DNA from: the human T2T-CHM13v2.0 reference genome, Homo sapiens
Length of the DNA stretch: 64,000 bases
Strand: one strand, 5' to 3'
Assembly: GCF_009914755.1 (NCBI RefSeq)
Contig: NC_060926.1
Below, in pieces: positions 44,234 to 60,048 of the stretch (positions are counted from its first letter, which is position 1; the number at the start of each line of letters is the position of its first letter). The notes under the pieces are model-generated. The model was not told the DNA's origin. It saw nothing but the letters and a program-made list of their open reading frames with translations, and did not search any database. The position numbers and the translations under genes were made by a program.

Positions 44234-44900
44234 TCTTGCTAAACTTTGTTTTCATGATAAATACGGCTGTTTTTCATAAAAGCACGTTATTTATGTTACC
44301 ATGTAATGGATTTAATTATTGTTATTTTAAAATGAATAAATATATAATTTCGCTTTTCAAATTTCTGATACGGTAAATATCATTAGCTATACTGAACATA
44401 CTTTAAAAAAGCCTATGGGGTTCCTCAATAATTTTTAAGACTGTAAAGTTCCTGAAACCAAAAAGAGAACTTCTGCACTATACCATACTGGTGGTGGATG
44501 AAATGAGGCAGGAGCTCATGTAAGCTGAGTCACATTAATGTTACAGTCTTAAAGTGAAAATTGGCGAACTACTTCAAGGTGGTCCTTTTTGTGTTTCTCT
44601 GAATCCAGATCTACTTCCTAGCAGTTATCATGAAGCTCAACCCTACCCTACAACTCTTGTTCTTAGAATTTCATGAAATCTTGCCCCCTTTATCTAACTG
44701 GAGCCATATAATAAACCCTATTTTACCGGAGCTACTGTGAACAGTTTCTTTGTAACCAAAGCAACCTGATCAAAACCATAAACATGATCTCTAAGTATAA
44801 ATCTTGATTAACAAGAATGGGTTGATTTTATTTTTAATACCAAAATAATTTAAGTATAAACCTGATTAACCAGAATGGGTTGATTTTAATACCAAAATAC

Positions 44901-45067
44901 CTCTTGATCCTTTGGTTTGACATAGTTTGATGGAAAAATTCCACTTCTATCTCCAATACTTCCTGTCCACCACTCTCCATCTTTCTGGGTCACCAATATT
45001 TCTTCACCTTCTGTGAAAGTCAAATCTCCAGGTTCCACACTTGAATATGGATAAAGTGCAATATATT
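44901..45067 (-). CDS. ITSN2: ITSN2 exon, SH3C: (E)[17 protein letters not shown]...[12 protein letters not shown]
   Basis: 167 nt (2+165); acceptor ctacag, donor gtattt. Confidence 0.97.
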
Positions 45068-46924
45068 CTGTAGGGAACAAAGCAAAAAGAAGTAGATTCT
45101 GGTTTTAAGATTACAGAAGTGAAAAAGAAATTAGGTTATTCTCCAAGACATTGTATAAGTTTGCTGTAAAAGACCTTGTGCCTTCAGGAAACCTAACATA
45201 AAAAGATCTAAAGGTAGAAAAAGGAACGAAGCAATTATTTAATAATTCCTTAGAAAAAAGTTATTTGACTTAACATAAAACTTTAGAGTTTCTTTTATTC
45301 CCAATTGTTTATTTTTTTATCACAAAGAATTACCCAAAACTACAAACAGATAATAGTATCTCTATAGATAAATACACTGAGGCTTAGTGAGATTAAGTCA
45401 CTCAGTTATTCAGATAATGGAGTCAAGATAGGAAAATATATTTTTTAACTTTTTTATACCAGAAATAGTTTAATCTGCTATATTATTTTCTCTTTAATTC
45501 TTTTAAGTACACAGTTATGGAAACACTCAATACCCAGAAGACAGCAGCACTAGAAGCCAAGCTCCATCCTGATGACCCAGCTCCTAGCACAGTGCTTGAC
45601 TTGGAGTAGACGCTCGATAAATAGTTGTTAACAAATGACCTCAAGGGAAATATCTAAATTTTTATATCGCCTTTGATTTTTGTTTCTGTGATTGTCACTG
45701 CTTAGAAGAAACAGTTGGTGACTTGGTTTTCTAAGTCTTTTTCTTTCTTTCTAGTTTTATTTATATTTGGCCAACATGGAATTTGATCTTAATATCATAA
45801 ACTTCAGACGATGAGAAACACCACCTACAACCTATTTACTATTTGCATTCCCAGTATTACTCAATTAATTTAACAAAATTCAAAGTGATTGTAATCACTT
45901 TAGGTACGCTGCAATAAAAGTCGGGTCCTTTCCAACATGCTCCTCACTACTTTCCTAGGCTCAGCTCAGAGCACTCATTCCACAGTACACCTATGATTCA
46001 GCTTCACTGGTGACATGACGTTCCCCCGTTCCTTGGCTCATGCCATTCCCTCTGTCTAGAAGTGCATTCTCATCCTTTGTCACTCTGCTAGATCCTACTC
46101 ATTGTTTAGGATGATGCAACACTGCCATCTCTGTGGATTCATATGTCCTACTCTAAATTGGTTTTGTTCGCTCATTAAAGAATTTATCACAACTGTATGC
46201 TCCATTCTATTGTGAGCACTTTGGAAACTTTTATTCATCCTTGTATTTTCCAGGCTCTAGCATAGAATCTTCAACGTAACAGATACTGAATAAATTGTTT
46301 AACATTAAACTGATATTTTTAGCAAAACATAAAATGTACCTCAACTATTCAACTAACTTTATAATGGACTTATACATTTCATTTATAAATGTATGTAACT
46401 ATTAAATAAAAATATCCTCTGAAATTAGGGTAATCTTTCATTTTTCAACACATTAACAAAATCAAAATAATTTACTAATCAAACAACCCAAAGGGATATA
46501 GAAAAAAATTCTTTGCAATACTTATGATAAAGTATACCTTGGTCCTCCTTAATGATTCATATGGTACATTGTAATTAAAATGTATAAGCAATGAAATGTA
46601 TTGAAATTTCCTTACCTCCTAAACATCTATAATCAATAATTGCAACACTTTTTATTTATGATGTTATTCATCAAACCAGTCTATGCTGAATTTTCATAGC
46701 ACTGCCTTTCTAAAGTGCCAAGTATTTTCACCCATATTTTTTCTATATTCTCAATATTCATGTGAAATAGATAGGGGCAGGTTTTCCTAATCTCACTTTA
46801 ATACTGCAGACACAGAAATGGGGAGAATATGCAACTATGTGAAGAACAGCAACTATGTGAAGTCAGGTAGTTAGTCAAGAGCTAAATTGATTACCATCTA
46901 ATTTACAAATTGCCAAAAGCTTAC

Positions 46925-46989
46925 CTTCTCCAACTGAATAGGCTGCCGAGGTAGGTTTCTTATTTACAGCTGCATACAAAGCTTCTGGT
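46925..46989 (-). CDS. ITSN2: ITSN2 SH3B-SH3C linker exon: (E)[21 protein letters not shown]
   Basis: 65 nt (1+63+1); acceptor ggtag, donor gtaagc. Confidence 0.95.
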
Positions 46990-47904
46990 CTACCAAATAT
47001 ATAAACAAACAAACAAACAAACAAACAAATACAAGCAAAAATAAGAAAGGTGATTTGATGCACAGCAGGTTTTAGTAGTGCATTTTTTAGGGCTTTCTCA
47101 AATTAAATATAGTCTTAGTACACAGAACTGGGAAGACTTATACACAACATCCTGCAGGATTAAGAACAGCCTAATTATAAACTTCTACATTTTTAAATAT
47201 ATTTTTAAAATTTCAATATGATTTACAAATAGTTTTTCAAATGTGAGATATTTCGCCTTTCTAAAGAAACTTAAAAGACACCCACAAATTGTTAAGTGGT
47301 AAGCACATATAGGGCTTAGTTTAGTGTAGGAAAAAATAAAGGCAATATATACATTTTATTATTTGTTTAGAATGCACTACATTAAAAAAATAAAAATAAT
47401 AAAACTTTGTTTTTATTATCTCAGAACAGCTATAACATTAATTTCCATTTTAACCCAGGAATCTGTTTTCAAAAATCTAGAAGACTGTCCTGTTTAACTA
47501 GACACCTGTGGGATGCACCAGGCCTCCCCAGGACCTGTGAGTAAATTACACTGTGAGGCAGTTTTTAAATAAACAGAAGGGGAACCTTATTACAACTACT
47601 GGTCACAACTGAATGGACTGTCTTGTTTAATGCTAAATTCTCCATTACTGCAGGTTTTCAAGTTATATGCCTTATCTGTTAGAAAACACTAGTAACTGAA
47701 TGCATAGTTAGAAGAAATGCCCTCTAAAACACTGAAACAATCTGTTTTTGCTTAAGTTTTCTTCTCTGTAAATGTTATGGACATAAAATAAGACAATTTC
47801 TATAAAGGAATTGTCTATAAAGGGCCTAGCACAGTGCATGCATACAAATGCCAGCTATATATGGTTGTTGTTACTGTTATTATATTCTTCTAAATCCAAA
47901 ATTC

Positions 47905-48799
<895 letters not shown>

Positions 48800-49592
48800 A
48801 ATCCAAAATTCCATGTCAGGCTGAAAAGCAAATTTTTAGAAACAGCACTACCTTCCAGAAACACAGAAACTCAGCAGTGAAAGGGTCTTTAAAGATTATT
48901 TGGCTTAACCTTTTCATTCAGTCAATTAGAAAACTGAAGATTAAGTAGGTTATTCCTTACAGCCTGGCAAAAATAGCAGAGCCAAAACTCAAGCCTCTTG
49001 ATTGCAAAAGACCAGCATCTTTTCATCAAATCAGACTGCTTTTCTACCAACTTCCATATAAAACACAAGAGACAGTTACCCATAGCTATATTATAGTACT
49101 TATTTCCTTGTATTATTATATTCGACAACTTGACTCCCTACAGAGTAGGAAATAAAGGTCAGAGACCTATCTAGTTTTTAGCTTTTTTCATTTGAAAATT
49201 CATTCAATTGTTCATTCATTCACGCCTCTCTTCATTCACTCAGCTAATATGATTGAGCAGCTACTATGCATGAGGATTAGAACAGGCATGAAGAAACTGA
49301 AAAATGAACAAATAAAAAAAAAGACATGCATCCCAGCCTCATTGAGCTTATGATCTAATAAGGGACATTGGTTTAAAAAAATCAGTAACTATAATGCAGA
49401 GTGCTATAAGCAATAAGAGAAGTTATATTCAGGGAATCTTGGAGACTCAGAAATGGGAATGCCCCAATTTGGCAAAGAGGAGGCCCTCAGTAAAGAGTTA
49501 CTTAAATATTGACAATTTATAGTAAACAGGGGAGAAATGCTTGAAAGAAAATGAAAAGTAACTTTTCTAACTGATTTATGGTACAAAGAAGT

Positions 49593-49889
<297 letters not shown>

Positions 49890-49946
49890 GCAACAGATCT
49901 ATAATTTTGAGTAGCTTGAAAATTTTATGAAATCTGAAATAACTAG

Positions 49947-50327
<381 letters not shown>

Positions 50328-50445
50328 TGATATTCAAACTCAAGTATAAAATTGTTATTTTATTATACACTCAATCAGACCATGGCTGACTCATTAGTGA
50401 AAATACCAACATCCACATCTCATGAAAACACATAAAGATGCTTAC

Positions 50446-50651
50446 TCTTCCCGTTTTACTTCACTCCCAGGAATGATCTTGACATAAGATTTGGGAAACC
50501 ATCCTCTTCCTCCATGCACCTCCCCAAACCACCAATTTTCTTGCTGCTCCAAGACAGTAATAATGTCATGTTTTGAGAAGTTCAAGTGGTTATCTTTCTT
50601 TGCAGTCCAGGAACAAAGGGCCTGTGCTTTTAAGTTTTCTACCACTTGTCC
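50446..50651 (-). CDS. ITSN2: ITSN2 exon, SH3B: [25 protein letters not shown]...GSEVKRE
   Basis: 206 nt (204+2); acceptor catag, donor gtaagc. Confidence 0.97.
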
Positions 50652-51249
50652 CTATGAATACAAAACCACCAAAAATTTTTAAAAGGCAATGGTAACTATG
50701 ATTTCTGTTTCTGTGTATATAACATACTTACTGTTCAAACAGCAGACCAGTTTTGTGTCGTGGTGACTTAAGATAACCTTAGTCTACTAACTGACTTTAA
50801 ATTATACATGATAGACAACTATGTGACTAGCCTTCTGTTAAGACAGACTGAAAACCCACCATTCAAAGAAACCTCATCACATCACTGGTAGAGAAGGTAA
50901 ATAATGTGTACTCAAGAAATGTATTCACACATCCATGAAATACATATCATGGAACAAATGAAAAAGGAATGTTACTGTAAATCTTTTTTCTCTTCCAGCT
51001 TGCAATGTAATTCTGTTTACTCCACTAGGGAAGGAAATTGGCATGCTTGGCTCCCTCTGTTTCTCTGCTTTTCTCTTAACTTCCTCCTATTCTATTCTAT
51101 TCATTCTTCTTTCTTTCCCTCCTCTCTCAAAGGAAGGAGTGTTTTGTTCCTTTAATAAGGCTAAACTCTTCACTTATTCTCCAAGTCTTCTATTATACCC
51201 TTTCATTTTCTAAAAATATTTAAGTCCTTCTCTTCAATCTACTTCTCTA

Positions 51250-52470
51250 CTTGCTTCTACTTCTGAATTCCTTAAATGATAGTCTTAAACTTTTTTTCCA
51301 ATTTCACTCCTTGATCACTTCTAATTTAGGTTCAGCACTCATCACACTACTGAACCTCTTCCAGACAAGGTTATTAATAATAACATCAAAGCCAAATGCT
51401 TCTTCCAAACCCTTATTCCTCTTGATCTCTAAACAGCTAACATCAAGCCTTGTAGTTCCTGAAGCTGACTCTCTGGTGATTGATGGCTCCTCTTTTGTCC
51501 AACCCTTTTCCCTTACTGTTCCACAGGACTTCCCTAAATACTCTTAATTATGCCTATGACTTCTCAAACCTATATTTTCAGTGTAATTTTATCTCCTGAT
51601 CTCCAGACTTGTATATCAAACTGCCTACTGGGTGTTTCTACCAAGCTGTCCCTAATACACATAGCTTAAACTTAGCATGGCTGAAACATAATCATTTTTA
51701 GAACCTACCAAACCCATTCCTCCTGCACTGTCTACCAAAGACAAGGATACTACTATCCTTTTGGTTGCTCACGCTAAAGACTGAAGAATTATCTTTAACT
51801 CCTATTTCTTCCTCACTCTCCACATTCAATGGATTATCTATTTAATATCATTTCCTAATAATCTTCTAAATCTATCTCCTCTTTCTTATATCTTAATTAC
51901 CATAGCACTTGTTCAAACCATCATCTCTTGTTATTTAGCTATTGTAATATCCTTCCTTAACTGGTTGTTTTCTTCTGCTAATCCAGACTTTATGTTAGTG
52001 CCAGAATTATCTTTCTAAAACATACACAATAACTCCACTCTTAAAAATCCTCAGGGACTTTCCACTGCCAAGTTGCCTAGCACGGTATTAAATGCTTCCC
52101 AAATAAACCTCAACCTCTCTCTCCAACTTCGCTTAACCCTTTCTCCATGAATCCTGTATTCCAGCCATATTATTAACAATGCTTGTTTCCTGCAAATATC
52201 TTGTGTTAACATGCCTCGGTGACTTTCCCCAAATTGTTCTTTCATGGGAATAACTTTCCTTCTTTGTTGGGTGAAATCTTATCTTTGAAGACCCTACTCA
52301 AATACCTTGCCCTTTGTGAAGGCTGCTCCAATTCTCACCAATTGAGTAAGATGATCTCTTCTATATATACCCCCTACAGACCTTGTAGATATCTTTAATA
52401 CAGCATTTCTCATGCTTTACAGTTATTTATATGTCTGTCATGTTCATTAGATTATGATCTACTGAATGGT
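51250..52470 (+). mobile_element. L2 remnant
   Basis: Pyrimidine-rich L2-like motifs (ctccagacttgtatatcaaactgcctactgg, gccagaattatctttctaaaaca). Confidence 0.65.
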
Positions 52471-52494
52471 GAGTTTCTGGTTTTTAAAAATTGT

Positions 52495-52777
52495 TTTAGA
52501 GACGGGGCTCACTCTATTGCCCAGGCTGGAGTACAGTGATATGATCATAATTAATTGTGCCTCAAACTCCTGGTCTAAAGTGATCCTCCCACCTCAACCT
52601 CCCAAGTAGCTAGTACTACAGGCACATGCCACTATGCCCGGCTAATTTTTAAATTTTTTGTAGAGATGAGGTCTTGCTGTATTGCCCAGGTTGATCTTGA
52701 ACTCCTGGCCTCAAGCAATCCTCCCATCTTGGACTCCCAAAGAGCTGGGATTATAGGCACTGAGTCACTGTGCCTGG
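52495..52777 (-). mobile_element. Alu (J-type)
   Basis: Reverse Alu consensus. Confidence 0.9.
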
Positions 52778-53183
52778 TGTCAATGTCAGGTATTTTTTGA
52801 CTTATTTTTTCCTTAAATTTCTAGCACATAATAAAATGCCTGGAACCTATGGCCATGGCATTTTTTGAGTGAAGGTGAAATCTGGAGGACTTTGGACTTT
52901 ATTCTGATGAAGTCTGCAATTTAAAAAAATAATGTTAATGTAACCCTATTGCAATAGTTATATCTAAATCAGAGGCTAAATATACGTTAAAAAGTTCTAA
53001 CGTTCCCAAATAACTTTAAGAAAAAAAAAAAAAAACCGTCAAGCCCAAGTCTCTCATCTTCTTATTATAATAACTACAAATCAAGAACAATATATCATGA
53101 GATTTGTAAAAATAACATTTTGAGCTTAGAAACCTTAGCTGCTAGCAACTTGGTATTATGGAAAAGAATTGTTGAGAAACCTA

Positions 53184-53482
53184 GGCCGGGCGCAGTGGCT
53201 CACGCCTGTAATCCCAACATTTTGGGACGCCAAGGCAGGTGGATCACCTGAGGTCAGGAGTTCGAGGCCAGCCTGGCTAACATGGTGAAACCCCGTCTCT
53301 ACTAAAAATACAAAAATTAGGCATGGTGGCAGGCGCCTGTAATCCCAGCTACTCAGGAGGCTGAGTCAGGAGAATCTCTTCAACCAGGGAGCCGGAGGTT
53401 GCAGTGAGCCGAGACTGCACCATTGCACTCCAGCCTGGGCAACAGAGTGAGGCTCCGTCTCAAAAAAAAAAAAAAAAAAAAA
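53184..53482 (+). mobile_element. Alu (S-type) with TSD AATTGTTGAGAAACCT
   Basis: Full Alu, 16-bp direct repeats. Confidence 0.96.
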
Positions 53483-53666
53483 ATTGTTGAGAAACCTCTA
53501 AGTAATAGTCATTTCTTCAACTTCACATCACATGTGAATAAGAAAGAAACTGAATGCTACAAACTCTGGTTAAATGAGTGAATGGTCCTTTGTATATAAT
53601 TTTCATTCTATTTTAATCAGGAGCAAATTCAAAGAATAAAGCCCACAAAAATAACAGACAACATAC

Positions 53667-53811
53667 CTGTCCATGAATAGGTGATACAGATCCAGGGGAC
53701 ACAGTTCGAGTGAAGGCTGATTTTTTCTGCCATGATGTATTTACAGTTAGGTTTGAAAAAGATACATTTTGATAATCAGTCACTGATGCTGGTTGATTTG
53801 AAGAAAGTGGT
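53667..53811 (-). CDS. ITSN2: ITSN2 SH3A-SH3B linker exon: (E)[18 protein letters not shown]...SVSPIHGQ
   Basis: 145 nt (1+144); acceptor ttgcag, donor gtatgt. Confidence 0.95.
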
Positions 53812-54121
53812 CTGCAAATATAACACTTTGATATAAGTATACTTATTTGTTTAGAACTTAATGAAGTACTACCAATTTATCAACTTACATATTATATACA
53901 CTGTGCTTACACACAATTTGTGGGAAAAGAAATAATTATTAACAAACTACTGACCCATGTTTTCACTTACTAAATTTCAGTATTAAATCTGGAACAAAAA
54001 GTAGTCTTGAAGAGTACAACCCGGATTACACTATGATGAAGTAGTAGGCTGACACCATTATATATTAGGTATTTACACATTTGCAGATCTATATAAACTT
54101 TACTGTTAGCTAAAAACTTAC

Positions 54122-54303
54122 TCAGAGGAAGTTGAGGTAGCAGATAAAGAAACTGTAGGAGGAAGTAAGGCCTTCTTTGGAGATACAGCTTTTTCATTTT
54201 CACTTGATGGCATTTTTTCTACATAATTGCATGGAAACCAGCCAAAATTTCCTTGAAAACTACCATAAAGCCAACCAGGTTCTCCTACGGTTTTTTCATC
54301 AAC
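54122..54303 (-). CDS. ITSN2: ITSN2 exon, SH3A C-half: [31 protein letters not shown]...TSTSS
   Basis: 182 nt (180+2); acceptor ccgtag, donor gtaagt. Confidence 0.96.
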
Positions 54304-56653
54304 CTACGGAAATAAAAAGAAGGATTAACAGTGCTTAGAAATTCACACATTTACAATGGAAAGAGATGAAAACTATTGTATAGTATTCTCATTTTCAGAA
54401 TTAAGCCCATCTAACTAAACAGCTAAGGCATTTTCTACAAATTAACAGCTACTATTTCCAGTGACTGGCAAGTTGTCTTTTTAATTTTAATTTTATCCAA
54501 GTTACATGAAAATATTTTACAAAGACAAATAGCATTATATATGGCTAATGAGGGAAAACAATCCTCCCCTATCTCATGGCTCCTTATGCCCTGATTTTCA
54601 CTCCTGACCTGCCATTCTTCCTGGTTTCTTCTATATCACCATTTATATTTCTGAATAACATATTTATACTGCTTTTTCTTGAATTTTTTCAATTTTAGAC
54701 ATTACTGGCTTTTGGCTATGGGAAATGAAGATTGACCTCTCTTTCACTGTAGCCTCTTACTCTACCAATACTGTTATAGCTTAATCTTTATTTAAATTTA
54801 TTTAATGTTTATAATATTATGATTATGTTTAAATATTTCACATCTGAGTCATGCAGCATGCTGCTGATTAAATTTCCTTTTTTGTAAACTTTTTATTCTC
54901 CTATAATCATTACTTTTTTTGTTTTTGGCTTACTTTTTTCTGTTCCTGTTACACAGTTTTTTTGAACTCTCTAACAGAACAATAAGATCTTCTCTGAATA
55001 CTATTTTCCAACTGGTAAACATGTCAGGTGATTTATCAATTTCATTGCTTCTCCCAGACATTTTCATCCTACAGTGTGACATCCTCCATCCTCACAGTGT
55101 TTCTCCCTCTGCTTCTTGGTCCTTGTTCCTTAAACACTGAGGACAGCCTCAAGTTTCATCACTGGCTTTCTTTCCTCATTCTATACCCTTCCTGAATAAG
55201 CCCACTTACTCCTATAGTTTGATCAGTCCTCTGTGCAATAATGAATCCAAGAGCTATGATCTCAGTGCTGACTTCTTCCCGAAGCAACATGCCTATACTT
55301 TCAACTACTTGCAAGATATCTTCAAGTGGATGTCCCATGGGAACTTCCAAGTCAACTTTAAAACTGAACTTTTCTCCTCCATCCCCTCCTTCTCCTAAAT
55401 TCCTCTATTATTCACACCACCAAAAATTTAGTCATTCTAAATAAAAAATCTTTGGCTCTTACCTCTTTTACACTTCCACATCCAAACTACTGAATTTGTC
55501 ATTAAAGACTCTTCTAATTTGTCAACCCACCCTCACTGCCCTACTTCAGGCTTTTTTTCATTTCACACTCAAGATTATTATGATTTTTACTCATCCTTCA
55601 AGATTCTAACTTCCCCCAACCCAAGCCAGAGTTATTTCATACATAACTGTCATAATTAGCATTATATACATTATATATGCATAATGACACTTAATTATGT
55701 AGCTAATACATAAGTATATGTACTTACTACAGATAAATTATTTATATGTAAATAATGACTTATTTACATATCTCTCTTCCATTTGTCCGTGAGCTTTATT
55801 GACCCCCACTGTCTAGCATAGTAGAAATCACTTAACTCACTGAATAAATGAATATGGTAGTTGTGTCTCTGTTCTCCAATCCATTTTCCATACCTTTCTA
55901 AAACACAGACTTGACAGTGTTATATATCTATTAAAATCATGTTGAATCCATTCATATTTTTAAAAACTGCTTTCTCAGATATCATTAATATAAATTTCAT
56001 GTTTAAGGTGTTAAATTTGATGTTTTGACATATGTATATACCTGTGAAAAATCACCACAATCAAGATAGCCAACACTTCCATCACCCCCAAAAGTTTCCT
56101 CTTGTTCCACCATAAGTCCTCCAGCTTGCCCCTCCCCATGACCTTCCCTGCCATCTCTACGAAAACACTGGCCTGTTTTCTGTCCTATATATTAGTTTAC
56201 ATTTTCTAAAATTGTATATAAATAAAATCATACTATATGTATCCTTTTTGTCTGCCTTTTTCCACTCAAGGCATCCATACAGTAAGAACAGTTTGTTCTT
56301 TTTTTATTGCTAAGTAATATTATATCATATGAATATACCACAATTTGTTTATCCTTTCAAATGTTGGTAGACATTAAAGTTTTTTCTAGTTTTTGGCTAT
56401 TACAAATAAAGCTGCTATGAACATTTGTCTTCATACGGACATATGTTTTCAATTCTCTTGTGTAAATACCTAAGAGTGGAATGGCTGAGTCACATGGTAG
56501 GTACATGTTTTAACTTTTTTAACAATGGCTTATGGAGATATAATTCACATTCCACATAATCCTTCCATTTACAGTACACAATTAAATGCATTTTAGAATA
56601 TTCAAAGAGTTACAGAATCATTACCACAATAACTTACAGAACTGTTTTCCTCA

Positions 56654-56980
<327 letters not shown>

Positions 56981-57232
56981 TTATTAGATTCTTTGTCATA
57001 GCTAAGAAACTGAAAAACTTTGAGTAACCCAAAGTTGTTAAGATTTTCTCTGTTTTCTTCTAGAAATTCTACAGTTATAGGTTCACATTTGACATCATAT
57101 TTTACCTATTTTGAGTTAATCTGTGTATATGTTGCAAGGAACAAATTGAAATTCATTTTTTTGCATATGAATATCCATTGTTCCAATACCATTTGCTGAA
57201 AAGACTGTTCTTTTTCCACTGAGTTGCTTTTG

Positions 57233-57254
57233 CACCTGTCGAAAATCTGTTGTT

Positions 57255-57295
<41 letters not shown>

Positions 57296-57348
57296 GTAGC
57301 ATGAATCTATTTACCTACTCTGTTCCACCTGTCGAAAATCTGTTGTTT

Positions 57349-57382
<34 letters not shown>

Positions 57383-57412
57383 GTAGCATGAATCTATTTA
57401 CCTACTCTGTTC
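57233..57412. repeat. Tandem duplication (93 bp + 87 bp) containing (AC)n
   Basis: Two copies identical except (AC)15 versus (AC)12. Confidence 0.96.
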
Positions 57413-57607
57413 CATTGATCTATTTTCCTGTCTAGATGCTAATATCACAACTGTTTTGACTGCTGTAACTTTTATAATAAGCCTTAAATTCAGGTACTAA
57501 AAGATTTCCAACTTTGTTCCCTTTTCAAAGTTGTTTTGCTTTTGAATCATCTCGTCATTTGCTACAAAAACAAAAAGAAACAAAAAAAAAAAACAAAGCC
57601 TGCTGAG

Positions 57608-57740
57608 ATTTTTGTTGTTGTTGTAGAGATGAGGTCTTGCTTTGCTGCCCGGGTTGATCTCGAACTCCTGGTCTCACGCAATCTTCCCATTTTGGTCTCC
57701 CAAAGTGTTAGGGTTACAGATGTGGATCACAGCACCTGGC
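57608..57740 (-). mobile_element. Alu left monomer (FLAM-like)
   Basis: Single reverse left arm. Confidence 0.8.
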
Positions 57741-59293
57741 TGCCTGTTAAAGTTTTGATGTAAATTGCTTTGAGTCTGTGTAAGAATTTGAGAAGAACAG
57801 ACTTCTTATCTTTTTCTAAAAAATTTGTTTACACAGGACTTAAGAGAAGAACTGACTTCTTATCAATACTGAATCTTCCAATCCATGAACACTATATATC
57901 TTTCCATTTATTTCGGACTTCAATTTTTCTCAATAAAACTTTGTAACTTTCAATAAACAGGTCTTGCAAATCTTTTATCAGTTTTATCTGTATTTCATAT
58001 TTTTATGCAATTGTAAATGGTATTTTAAATTTCAATTTCTGAATAGTCATCGTTTCTATACAGAACTACAACTGATTTTGTTATATTGATCTTGTATTCT
58101 GCAACCTTGCTAAACTCATTTAAATAGTTCTAGTAGCTTAATAGATTCTATGGGACTTTTTACATAGATTATCATGTCTTCTGCAAATCAATACAGTCTG
58201 TCTTCTCCTTTTCCAATCTTGATGCCTTTTACTCTATGGTAAGCCACTTTAGACCCATTAGGATTTTTCTCCTAGCAGATGTTGTCTCTCTAGTTTAAAG
58301 CTCTTAAAAGTTCAAACTTCTTAGTGTAGAATTTGAATACTCTGAAATTACAGTTTCTTTGTCAGGTTTCAACTTACCTTTCTAGCTTCATCTCTTACCA
58401 TTTGTTCGATATTCTAGGCAAATAGTTATATGACATTCTTTAAAAACACCTGGCACATGCAAGCCTCAATGTTTTTATTTAAGGTATTCTCTTCTGCCCA
58501 GAATATTACATGGTTTAGAGGAAATACTACAGACTTGAGAGTTAAAAGAACCACATTTCAGTCTTAGCCATGCTACCTGGTTATCCTTCGTTAAGATAAT
58601 GAATGCTATCTTGTGTGCTTTGTCATCTACAAATTTGGGGGGAAATACCTGTGCTGCCCTCCTCTAGGGTATCTTTCAGAATTAAATTGAGTATATTTAT
58701 GAAGGCGCTTTGGAAACTGTAAAGCACTAAGCAAATATAAGGCATAATCCTTCAAGGCCTTCCTCCATCCTATCCTTGGGAAAAATGTTCCCCAATTCTA
58801 TTTGGTTGTTTTTCCTTCATTCTCTGGGTTCCCACAGTACTTACTCATATAAATTAGTATTGAAATTTATCATGTTATATTTTGTACAGTAATACACATT
58901 TCTTTTTTTTCCTAGACTGTGGTCTCCTTATTCATTTTTGTATGTCACCAGAGGCACATGGTTACAAACTCAACAAATGTTAACTTGAATGGATTATTCT
59001 AAATTTGATTAACAATAGACTTAAAGCTTAATTAGTAATAAATGGATTATTAGGGCAACTTCATTTATGTTTATGGTAAATAATTCTCATTTTAATGTTA
59101 TATGTCTGGCTATTTATTACATCATGAATGAAATATTTAGAAAACTCCTAAACCAGAGCTGCTATGGCTAAACTGTATGATGTCACAGTAATGTAGCTCC
59201 CATAAAATGGTGTTCTAAAATAGTTAGAATGAAAGCAAACACTTATGAAATATTATCCTGTAAATCTAGTTTAAGACTAGTTTAAAATAGTTA

Positions 59294-59617
<324 letters not shown>

Positions 59618-59737
59618 CTAAGCCAGAGCAATATAAATTCAGACAAGAATACAATAAACCCTGAGGAATTACACAAACCAAAGTATTTCAATGCTGCAAA
59701 ATGCTCAGCATTGTACCTGATTTAAATGTATTGTCTT

Positions 59738-60048
59738 GGACATGGATGACGCTGAAAACCATCATTCCCAGCAAACTAACACAGAAACAGAAAACCAAAC
59801 ACCACATGTTCTCACTCACAAGTGGGAGTTGAACAATGAGAACACATGGACACAGGGAGGGGAACATCACACAGCGGGACCTGTCAGGGGGTGGGGGACT
59901 AGGGGAGGAAAGCATTAGGAGAAATACCTAACGTAGATGACAGGTTGATGGGTGCAGCAAACCACCATGGCACATGTATACCTATGTAACAAACGTGCAC
60001 GTTCTGCACATGTATCCCAGAACTTAAAGTATAAAAAAAAAAAAAAAA
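59738..60048 (+). mobile_element. 5'-truncated L1PA 3' end
   Basis: L1PA 3'UTR (catgttctcactc...gaacaatgagaacacatggacacaggg...gaacttaaagtat + poly A); degenerate TSD GTAT(T/G)GTCTT. Confidence 0.95.

Larger units (their letters stand above)
42429..44476. mobile_element. hAT-Charlie-like DNA transposon relic interrupted by Alu and microsatellite
   Basis: Degenerate terminal inverted ends (caatggctctc ... gagaacttctg); ORF 42772..43035 has transposase-like NEVSLSLQGKQL...NDKIQDFQGKL. Confidence 0.7.

Noticed and set aside
43757-44376. Long YI/HT/CV-rich ORFs
   Set aside because: Artefacts of the dinucleotide microsatellite.
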